Source of the DNA: the human T2T-CHM13v2.0 reference genome, Homo sapiens
NCBI RefSeq assembly: GCF_009914755.1
Contig: NC_060939.1
DNA: 64,000 bases
Direction: 5' to 3' (one strand)
This document shows, one piece after another, positions 53,080-64,000 of this stretch. A program made the position numbers and the translations under genes. The notes under the pieces are model-generated. The model was not told the origin of the DNA and did no database searches. It saw only the letters and a program-made list of their open reading frames with translations. Each line of letters begins with the position of its first letter. The stretch's first letter is position 1.

Positions 53080-56000
53080 CAAGGAAAGTTAGGTGAATTT
53101 ATGGTGCTGGGATGGAATGGGAGTCCCCAGTCATCTGCAGAAGCACCTGAATATTGACTTTGGCCAAATAGAAGGAGGGAGATCATGGCTGACCCAGGAT
53201 TTGCCAAACCACAGCAAACCTGGAAAGAGCTGGTGGGTGGGGTGCCGATTTGTTCCCTCGTTCTCACCCGGTAGGAAGCTGACCGCCTCCAGGCCAGTCC
53301 TGTCCTCCAAGCACAGCACAAGGAGATTCTCAGACTTGGGGCCGGTTTCCAGAATTGAGGACTTCAGGGTGGCGGGGACTTTACAGGCACTTCATCCAAC
53401 AGCACCTCATTCCCACCCCTAAGTCAACCTTGAACCCCTTGCCAAAGACTTGACAAGTGGCTCCTGAGCACAGCCCACCTACATGGCAGCCCTTCTGAGA
53501 TGTGTGGTCAGTGTCCTTTGTCCCCCCAAGAAGGGACAGCCAATCCATGGTGTGTGTTGGCCACTGTGCCCTGGGTGGGGGTTGCCAAGTGTATGGCAGT
53601 TTCTCCCACCCCTCACCCCCCACCCTGAGCTCTTGCCACCATACCCTACTGTTTCCCAGCGTTGACATTTCCGAGGATGCAAAAAATCTGAGATTCTGGG
53701 ACAAGCAAATGTCAGACTTTGGTGACCCCAGCTGCACACAACCCTCCTCCCTCTCTTCCCGCAAGGCAGCAGGGCTAATCTTTAGCTCTGATTGCAGAAC
53801 TGAAGCTGCCGGTATGGAAACTTCAATTTATTTAGTTATCCCAGAGCTCTGGGAGAGTCACCTTTCACCTCCATCCTGAGAGTTCTGGTTTCGTGGTGTG
53901 TGTTTATGAGCCCGCATCTCAGAGTCTGTGTGCTGCTGTGGCTTGCCCCCTGGAATTGGGTACAGGGAACAAAGGGGAAGCTTAACAGTGTTTTTCCTGT
54001 GGTTCTGGTTCTCTCTGGGTGAGAAAGAAGCCCCACTAACAATTGCAGATGTTTTGTAAAAGGGTGTCCCTGTAGGCATTGGGTTGATGGTTCTCACAGG
54101 TTGAGATTATGCATCTCTTTAGAGACATCATACACAGTGAGCCCATTTCTTTCCTGCCTTTTTCCTCCCCTTGTTTGTTTTGCCTTTTGAGTGGTCTAGA
54201 ACTAGGAACACATTGGATCATCAGAGTTCATGGATAAGGCTGTAGGCTCCGTGAGGATGAAGGCTCTGACCACCCTCCTGGGCCCAGTACCCAATACAGT
54301 GCCTAGCATTTGGTGGTCATATGAGAACCATGCCTGGAATGGAATGAATGTTGAAACTGTTTATTCATCCCCCTTCTAATGACCGTGTATCTAAATCATC
54401 ACCATAGATCATAGGATAAACACTGTGTTATGGGCTTGACATATGTTATTTTTAATATTTTTAAATTTCACAACAACCTGTCAAAGCAGATATCTCCATT
54501 TCAGGGATTAGGAAACTAAGGCTCAACGATTGCACTCAGAGTTCAGTCAGTGGTACAACTGTGATTTGGAGACAGTAGTTGCCAGCAACAGCCAAACAGA
54601 TGGAAAAGTCTGGCTTTCCCCTCCATGACAACAGAGAAAAAAGGACTTGCCTTTTAAAGCAACTAGACGAGTTAACATTTGTAAAGTGCTCACAACAGCT
54701 CCTGGTGCACAATATGTATCTTAAGTGTTTGTTTAATCAATAAAACTAAAGTCCATGTCAATGACAGAAGTTACATTTCAGTCAGCCTCATGGCTTTCTC
54801 CAATATTTTAATCATCTGGAATAAATATAGTAAAGTGGGACCCAGGGGTTTTGCTGACCAACAAAACCATTGGCAAAGTCAGCTGTGACACCCAGGACAC
54901 AGGTGTTCAGCATCATAGAACTGGCACGAGTGGAGCTAGGCGGGGCCCCAAATTACCCAATCCTGGGGCTTTAACCTGGAGCCTGGGTATCCTTAGATTA
55001 TCCGTCAGTGAGATTCAAGGAGTCCGTGCACTCCCTGGAATGTTATGCACAGTGCTGTAGTTTTGTGCATTTGGGGGGTGTAAGGGCATAGCTTGTATCC
55101 ACTGCTGGAGAGCTCTGCAGTCCAGAAAGCTTTTGAGCCCTTGTCTAGCAGAGCCTTCCTGAAGGCAGAGTGACAGCAGCTGGGGAAGCCCAGGGCCCCA
55201 GGCTTCGATCTGGCTCCTGCTACCAGGCAGCTTCCAGTCTCATTTTGATCACCTCCCTCAGCTCCTTCCTTGAGAACTTGAAGGATGAAAATCTCAAAGT
55301 AGGGCCGACAGGGTTAGCTAGTTTGGCTGCCTTCAGGGAGATGGGCTGATGCCGTGACTCTCCACTGCCTGTGAGCCCCTTTTAGGACACCTTGAGGGTC
55401 TCCACGGTCCCCCTGCTCTAGCCACTCCCCAGCTTGCACCTCAGGAGATTCAGTGCAGTCACTCCCCTCTCTGCCACCACGTGTCCTCCCAGCCACAGAC
55501 AGCCTGGCAGCCACTGCAGACCAATTGCATAGTGGATTGTGGGGTGGGAGAGGCCAGGCCCCACAGAAGCAAGCACAGCCCTCCCCATCCTGGCGCCACA
55601 CGGCTCTACTTCCCCTTCCAGATTGGGGCTGTTTCAGTGCCAGGCTTGGGAACGCTGCCTGACAGAGCAGTGGCTTGAGCCAGCTCCTTCCAGGTCACCC
55701 CTGTGGCTTTATCGCATATAAAGCCTCTGCCGGAAGTTTGTCAGTTCATTTTCATATTCTAGAATTTATTCTTTGAATTTTTTATGCAAACACCTAAGAC
55801 TATGAAGCAGAAGCAGTGAAGGTACTCAGCCTCCCCTCCCACCCCAGGATTTCTCTGAGGCCTCAAGAGTGACTACCTTATGGTAGAATACTCGCCCACC
55901 TGCCAGGACATGCCATCTGCTTGTTGGTATTTGCAGACTCTGGCAGCCCAAGCCAGGCCCCTGGAGCTGTACCCTCCCTACAGCAGCACCAAGACAGGAC

Positions 56001-56619
56001 ATTGGGAAACGCCTGCCCTCTCGTGGCAATTCTGGGGATAACACCACCCTGAGAACCAGCCCTGGGGCCTTGATGGGCCGACGCTGAAGACAGAAGGAAA
56101 GCACCTTCTCTAATTAAACAGTCAACGCTGATTTCCCCTTTGGCCCACTAAGCCCCTTGAGTCATTACTGAACCACTCAGGAATCTTTTGAAACTGGTCA
56201 CATTCTATTTCGCTGCTAAAACACAGTCTTCTAGGAATGTCCGAGTCATCTGAATTTCAGATGAAATTTTATTGGCAGCTTGGGATTTTCAAACACTGGT
56301 CAACCAAAAGCCTGCGGCTTCAGCCCAGCCTCCCAGCCCCCAACCCACCCTCCAGGGCCCTGTTCTGGAGCCCTGGGGTCTGTGGTCTTGCAGTCTAGTG
56401 CAGCCCTGCCCTGTGTTTCTGCTCTTCAGGAAGGAGCCCAGAACCTACCTGAACACTCTTGCCCCACCCCACACACATAGCCTGCCTGCACTATTTCCTT
56501 GATGCCCCAGGGCTGCTTGACCCTGGCTTGCCTTCTTTGTCTCATCTCTCCTACTCCCAAACTCCCTTTGCCATACCCCCTTTACCTTTCTGAGATACCT
56601 GTTACCTCTTAGTAGGCCG

Positions 56620-56945
56620 CCAGAAGCATTTGTTCTCACCCAAAGCACCTGGGATCTCATTGAAATGCAGACTCAAATTCAGCAAGCACGGGGAAGGGCT
56701 GAGACGCCGCATTCCTAACAAGCGCCAGGTGATGCTGCTGCTGCTGCTCTGTAGATTCCACTGAGTATCGAGGACCTGGAACAGCGGTTTTCCATCCACC
56801 TTGATTGCACACTGGAGTCATCTGAGGAGGCCTGGGTCCTCCCGCAGAGGTTGTTGTTCAGGAGGTCTGGTGTGCAGCCTGGGCATTGGAGTTCTTAAGA
56901 GCTCTGTTGGGTGCTCTAGTGTGCAGCTGGGCTGAGATCCACTGA
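56620..56945. mobile_element. MER5A/MER5B copies
   Basis: TGAAATGCAGACTC..GCATTCCTAACAAGCGCCAGGTGATGCTG and GGGCTGAGATCCACTG. Confidence 0.72.
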
Positions 56946-59015
56946 CCTGGAGGCAGATCCCACCCCCAGTCTCCATGGCTCCCTGCTCCAAGGCAGCCAG
57001 GCCTCACCAGCCACTGTATCCCCTGGGTACCATCTTTTCCTTGACAGTGGTCTTCTGTCCTTCCACTTCCGTCGAGTCACCCCCATGTGCCTTGCCCTGG
57101 GGTTACCAAGAGGAGGGGGTGCACAGAGCAAGATGCAAGTGGTACCCCCAACAAGGAGACCTGCACGAACTCACTCCCAGACTGGCACAGTGGAGGGGTG
57201 GGTCGCTGAGGGCAGAGTGTGGGCAGGGGATAACTGAGCTGGTGTGAGAATGAAAGGACAGGCCCAGAGCAGCGTGGCACAGGCCTGATTGTGCAGCTGC
57301 CTCGGGTTTCTTGGGTGCTGTGTGTTGGCTGTGCCAAGGGCTGTGGCTGCACCAGCAGCATCTGCCCTAGCTGGTGGTGGGTGGTGAGCTATACCCCCTG
57401 CTGAAGGGGGAAGCCCTATCCTCCTCCCGGCCCAGCTCCTGGCTCCCATCACCCTGGTGTTTCTCATACTGGAGGTACTTCGGGGCTGAATAGAATTTTA
57501 CCAGAAACAGTCCCTATTTAGTGTACATTTCAACCATGCCTGGATCGCTGTCCCCTCACCCCCATCAGCTTTCTCACATGTCGCTTTCTCACTGAGGCCT
57601 GCTCTGACCACCATATTTAAAATGTCAACTCATCCTTTACCCGTCCTAATCCCTCCACCAGCTCTGCGTGTCTTCCTTGTAGTACCCATCACACCAGCAC
57701 CTGTTGTATTGATTGCCTGACCCTCTCTCCCACTAGAGTGTAACCTGCCCAAGAGCAGGGATTTTCGCCTCTCTTGATCACGCTGCCTACCTTAGCTGAT
57801 GGTGGGGGCGGCGTTCATTTGACTTCAAGGCCGTCATCCCCTGCCTGGCATTCGAATCCTGCCATCTGCCCAGTCCTCTACCTGGCTCTTCCCTGAGGCT
57901 GAGGAGTGTGCTCTGGTGTCAGGGCCAGGCCAACTATGGGCTGACTTCAGACCACAGGTAACTCCAGACGCCCACCTCCTGCAGCTTCCTAACCACCTGA
58001 TATGGTTAGTAAGTTTCTCTAACAAAAAAAAAAAAGAAGAAAAAAACGACATTTTAAACAGCAATATAAATTGGCTTTTCCTCCCTTGGAGGCAGGTCAA
58101 GGTCTGAGTCTCCTGTTGATAGGGAACTGAATATATGGAACTAGTGCTCCTGAATACAATGCTTCGTTTCATTCCCTACTCCCTTCAGGACCCTCCTCTG
58201 GGGTAGAAGGAGCAGTGTCTTAGGGATGTCCAAGGCACGAAGGTGAACAAATGCCCGGCACCTTCCGTGGAACGTGAAGACGAGGCTTCCTGCTGGCCAG
58301 CCCAGGCAGATGGCCCTGGCAGCTGCCCTTTTTATTCATAACCGCCTGAAGGTGCTTGGCTCAGATTTCAAATGACAATGACATGCCATCAGTTTTAGGG
58401 GCCGCAGACAACGGTAATGGGCATTGGGGAGAATGTGGAATTGGAGCCAGGTGTCCTTGGGCCCTAGAAAAGACCATGCTAGAGCTGTGGGGGAGGAGTG
58501 AGCAGGCAGAGGGCAGGAGGGGAACCGGCTTCCGGGGGCGCTGAGGCGGCTGGAGGCTGGGTGTGAACTTGGGGTGAGAGGTGTGAAGGATGAAAATGGG
58601 GCTGGCAAAAGGGGAGGCAGGAATGTCACATCGTGGGAAAAGAAGCAGGGGGAGTAGGTGAGGCCGGAAGGAAGAATCAGAAGGTGAGGAGGGTGGCCAA
58701 GTGATGATAGCCAAAGATATCTTAAAATGCAAAGGCTCGTTAATGGATGGAAGCGCCGTGCCGCTGGCACTGCTGCGGGCAGCAGCTTTAGGCTTCTGGG
58801 AGCCTCCAGCCCAGCAGGGCCAAAGCTGTCATCTGAGCACCTGGCTTCCCTGGCCAGGTCCCTCCCTCCTGCCCCTTCGGGACAGATGGCCTTCCCATGC
58901 GCTTTTCCCCAGCTCATCCTGGCTTTCTGCCTGCATCCCAGGGTTCCCATGCATTCTCTGATCAAATCACAGCCGCCCTCACCAGGCCCTCTCCGGACCC
59001 CTTGGCTCTTGAGTT

Positions 59016-59201
59016 TAGGGCTGCCAACTTTACCAAATAAGAATACACGATTCCCAGTTAAATTTGGATTTCAGATAAGCAACAGATCATTTTTTAGTAT
59101 GAGTCTGTTGTATGCAATGTTTAGGGTATACTAGAAAATTGCTCATTGTTTATGTGAAGTTGGGATGTAACTGGACATACTGCGCTTGATCTGGCAACCC
59201 T
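59016..59201. mobile_element. MER53 palindromic DNA transposon
   Basis: AGGGCTGCCA...CCCAGTTAAATTTGGATTTCAGATAA...TAACTGGAC..TCTGGCAACCCT. Confidence 0.85.
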
Positions 59202-60529
59202 CCTGAGCTCCTCCCAGTTTCAGTCTGGGGTTTCCTCTGTAGCCCCTTGCTTGGTAATTGGCCCCTGTGTGCCGGCATGAAAGCAGAAAGATGTGGTTCT
59301 GCAATGGACTTCGAAATCCACCTGGAGTGGGCGATGGGGATGTTCATTGATGGCCTTCACCATCTGGCCCCCACAGACCATTCTCCTCCTGTTTTCTGCT
59401 TGTCCCTTAATGGAAAACCCTCTCTTTTGACCTGGCTGATTTCCTCATCTCTTGCCCCATACTCTTGGACCATGCGGGGTTCACATCGACCATCCCCAGC
59501 CCCATCCAACAAGGCCTCTTCCTCTTCCTCCTTTGCCTGTTGATGTCCTCCTACCTGTCTTTCTGGGAGCAGCTCCCTGAGTTTGGGGACTGGACACCAG
59601 TCTTTGCATTCCCCACAGAGTTGAGGACGGGGGCCTATCATTCCCAGAGGAGTTAGAAAATATTCAGAATGATGTGAATAAGCCCAGTGTCCTGCCAGGT
59701 TTCTTGAAGAGCTGTGAGCTTTGTCTGTCCTTCCAATGGCGGGGGACTCCTTCAGGCTTTCCCTGGATGGACTGTGAGGAAGAAGTCTCCTTGAAGCATT
59801 CACATTATTCCTTCCGAGAGAAGGGGGCGCCTCAGGGCACAGCCCCCTTCCCAACCCCATGTTCGGACCATCAGATATTTTATCATCATCGTCGTCATCA
59901 TCACCAATCCATTTCAGCTGCATTGTCTTTACAGGGCAGATTAGTTCCCTCATTTAACTTTAGTGACCTGTGAGTTCAGGAGCATTATCCCTGTTTATAC
60001 ATGGGGAGGCAGAGGCGGAGGCCACAGTGGTGAGGAGCCTTCACTCGGGGCCCCAGGGTGGCTGAAGGCAGAGCCAGAAGTGTGGCCTCCTGGGCTGGTG
60101 CTGTGGCTGCCACTTCAGGATGCCTAGCTCTTCCTCAGCAAGGGAGGCAGGCAGGTCCTGTTCATACCTAAACTACCAAGCAGGTGAGGTTTGACCTCAG
60201 CTCCCCCATCTCTGTATTCCCCAGGCCCCTCAGAGGGGCCTTTCTTGTGCTCCTGAGAGGAGGGTGTCTAGTGCCCTGCAGAGCCCACCCAGCTCAGATT
60301 CCGTGACCCCTCCCACCTCCAGACCTGCTCAGGAAAGCTGCTGTCCTCGGAGGCCTCACCTCTGCTGTGATGTCCAGGGTCATATAGTCAAGGGTTTCCC
60401 TGAGAGTCCGTGGAACTCTAGTCTTGCCAGATTCTCACTCTGTGACAAAGGATGTCACGGTCCAGCAAGTTTGGGAAGCCCTGATTCTGTAATCTCTTTG
60501 GGACCATGATGATGCATAAGAGCATATTG

Positions 60530-60687
60530 AAGGCCCTAAAATGCCCCACAGAGAAAAATATCCATTTAACTTCGTTGGACCCAAATTTCCCAAAACGTAC
60601 CCAACCATGGAAACTTTTGCATCAAATAACAACTATGAACATTCTGTGGAACTAGTGTTCCACTCAGTCTACTTTGAAAAACAGCAA
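60530..60687. mobile_element. MER103C-like DNA transposon
   Basis: TTTCCCAAA..ACCATGGAA..AACATTCTGTGGAACTAGTGTTCC..ACTTTGAAAAAC. Confidence 0.65.
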
Positions 60688-60967
60688 TCTGGTTCAAATC
60701 TTCCTTTTTATAGCTGAAAAATGGAAAATCCATTCAGTGACTCATCGAGCATTTATTAAAGGCAAATTGAGATGCTCTCAAATGCCAGAGCCCATGTCAC
60801 CGCATTCTTAGACACACGGAAGTGCAGTAATAACACATTGTTTCCACGCTGCACTTGCCACATAGGCCGACTGTCCGCTAACCCACCAGATGTTGGTCTC
60901 ATACCCTTTTCAACTTTGAGAAGACTGAAGCACAGAGCTGCATGAGCTGCAGGTTTGCATATAAGCC

Positions 60968-61311
<344 letters not shown>

Positions 61312-61493
61312 TCACCCTTTATGATGCTCCCCAGCCTCTTGAATAAGGTTGTGTTTCGCCATGAAGCCTAGAGCCAGGGAGAGAGCCCGGGAGGAGTGAC
61401 GCTGGTGGGTTTGAGAGCAGGGCTTTGGCCGGGGTCCACCCTCTTGTCCCCTCCCACTCTGAGCCTCTCTTCTCCCCACTTTTGTCCCCACAG

Positions 61494-61648
61494 GTCTAAC
61501 TGGCTGAAGCCGTGCTGTGGGAAGAGAGCAGCCGTGTGGCAGGTATTTTTGCTCAGTGCAAGTCTCAACAGTTTCCTGGTAGCCTGTGTAATATTGGTGG
61601 TGATTCTCCTGACTCTGGAACTTCTAATAGATATAAAGCTTCTCCAGT
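61494..61648 (+). CDS. TMEM266: TMEM266 coding exon (155 nt): SNWLKPCCGKRAAVWQVFLLSASLNSFLVACVILVVILLTLELLIDIKLLQ, encoding transmembrane helix S1 of the voltage-sensor domain
   Basis: Long polypyrimidine tract with acceptor CCCACAG|G and donor T|GTGAGT. In frame with the previous exon (GG+G = Gly76). Hv1-like S1 motif LELLID. The gene continues beyond the window. Confidence 0.95.
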
Positions 61649-62597
61649 GTGAGTAGCAAGAGAGATACATATGCCAATACATATGATGTCAATATTCAAT
61701 GTGCATCTGCATTCATCAGGGGTCCCCAACCTGCAGGCTGTGATCTGCCCCCGCCGATGCTGCTGCCCAGCCTCAGGCCCTGGGGCTCATGGGGATGGCC
61801 GCTGGGGAGGAAATACATCTGGCAGCTTCTCTCTCTGTCACCCCCAGCCTCAGTTTGCCCCTCTCTGCCCAATGTGGCCTCTGCAGTCCCCTCCCCAGCA
61901 TTCCATGATCAGAAACTGATGAGATGAAAAACGTTGGGGACCCCTGTATGCATTTTTTTTAATTGCTCCCATTTGGAATTTTCCAGGTTGGAATTTTCTG
62001 TAGTCTAAAGAGAGTTCCCATTTACGGAGGCATCTCAGCTTGTAGTAACTAATTATGACAGCGACCACAGTGATGATAAGATTCCTGGTATTTTTATCCA
62101 GCTGTGAGTTGGCAGTGTGATTTATACGTATCGTGATAGTTTTTAAAGCATTTTTCCGCACATTTGACACTACAGTAACCCTGTGAGATGGGCGAGATGG
62201 ATATGATCCCATATTATAGACGAGGCAAATTAAGATTTGGAGAAGTGAGATACTTGCCCTAAGTAAGAGGTATTGGAGCTGGGACTTCAAGGCACCAGGT
62301 CATTTAACTGCTTGGCCAGTTCTCTTCCTCTTGGCATTTGTCTTAGTTTCACGTTAAACCTTGTCTTCCACCTCTTCTGTCCTGGATGTCCCATAGTGAC
62401 ATGGCTGTCTGAGTGGAGAATCCACTGCTTACCCCACCAGGCCTACCCCCCACTGTTTGTCACACCAGAGGGGCAGGAGCAGGTGTCTTGCCTCTTGACT
62501 TTGGATAAGTAAGTGGTTTCTGGTACAGTTCCTGGTTCCCTGTATTGCCCTGACTCAAAAGGTAGATCCTTCAAATGCAAATTTAAAAAGAGGCACA

Positions 62598-62927
<330 letters not shown>

Positions 62928-64000
62928 TTATCAGCTCCAGAGAGATTCTTTTCCTTCCATTGGCAAAATCCAGGACTGTAGATCCAGTCACCTCCAAACC
63001 CATTCAGACGTCTTGGCCTTCCATTCTCAAATGCCCCCAATTCCTTTATGGGATCCTGTGAACTCAGGGTCTGTCCAAGCTCCCTCCAAGTCACATGAGC
63101 CTTCTCTGCTCTCTCAGAGAGCGTGGACGGTGAGCACAGAATTGCTTTTGTCTGATAAGCCTAGTTGGGTTTTATGCAGCTGGTGGCCCCTTGGTTCCAA
63201 TTAAAGGATCTTCCAGCATAAAGTGACCGGTACTGGTTTTACACTCAACCTGTCTTCAATTAAACCATGTTGTATACTTTCCCTCCCACTCACCCATACT
63301 GTCTGCTTTTTATGAGACCTGCCCATAACAGAGCCTTTCTTTCCCCGTGGCGGATTGTCCTCGGGGCCCTCGGCTGCTCGGGCTGTGACAAGGTATTGAG
63401 GAGAACTGAGAACCCAGCCGACACTGGAATTTTGCTTAAAATTAAGTATCCAGGAGATTGATTTTGGTCGGAGATCCAATAGCAGCTCATAAAAGGCATC
63501 TTAAATTCCATAAAACGCACAATCAGAGATTTATTGCTCTTCTAAAGCAAACCGTAAAAAAAGGCACAGGAATTCATTTGAGAAATAATGGGGAGAGATT
63601 TTATGTTTTCAGAATCATCTGGAGGTCTTCTTGGAGTCACACGGGCCTCAGCCTCTTCGTTCCCACTGGTATTCATGTGGCCTGACTCGGAGCTCATCTT
63701 CTAAGGGTCGTCTTGGCCCAAAGCCAGGGGGCCTCAGAGTCTCCCACCTGGAACCTGGTTTTGCAGCCGTCTTCCCCTGGCTACGCTCTGTGACTTGATT
63801 TCTACCCACCCCTAGGGTCTGCAGATCCCAGAGCTTCGGGAGAGGTTGTGGGTTCCTCTGTTTCAGTCTGGCCCTCCCTGCTGAAGGCACTGGGCACTTT
63901 CCCTTGGCCCTGGTGGGGGTTCTGAGCAGTGTGCCAAGCAGGCCTGGCTGCAGCTCACGAAGGAGGTAGAGCAGGCATGTTCTCAGCAGCATTCCTGCCT

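Noticed and set aside
59016-59201. Palindromic element as a possible miRNA hairpin
   Set aside because: It is a diverged MER53 with poorly paired arms; nothing supports processing.
58336-59953. Longest non-repeat ORFs (209 aa at 58336-58965 and 198 aa at 59357-59953, minus strand)
   Set aside because: Low-complexity composition from GC-rich or purine-skewed DNA, no recognisable domain, and antisense within an intron; consistent with chance.
61540-61548. Internal cryptic donor CAG|GTATTT in the S1 exon
   Set aside because: Weaker than the real GTGAGT donor and would frameshift; no evidence of use.

Overview
This window is repeat-dense primate DNA, almost certainly human, lying inside the + strand gene TMEM266 (C15orf27/HVRP1, a voltage-sensor-domain protein related to Hv1). 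Three spliced exons are visible: 39056-39189 (5'UTR plus start codon at 39152), 42595-42783 and 61494-61648. They join in frame at canonical AG/GT sites to give MAVAPSFNMTNPQPAIEGG...WLKPCCGKR...VILVVILLTLELLIDIKLLQ, the N-terminus and helix S1. The rest is intronic: the 5' half of an inactivated antisense L1PA7/8-like LINE-1 (1-4430), about 45 Alu/FLAM copies, older L1M, L2 and MIR fragments, MST/MLT1 LTRs and MER DNA transposons. I see no evidence for a new protein-coding or prokaryote-type system, and most ORF-track entries are repeat-derived. The most unusual signal is a recurring pattern of short local template-copy events. These are a 197-bp non-Alu inverted repeat (10801-10997/13497-13692), a 28-nt insert in an Alu copied from 2.6 kb away, an exact 23-nt direct repeat bracketing the start-codon exon, a 120-bp diverged duplication, and three fold-back palindromes in one L1 copy. 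Two uORFs, an L1 antisense promoter facing the gene and a CpG-rich CTCF-like site are also of note. Repeat subfamily names come from recalled consensus sequences and repeat boundaries are approximate.
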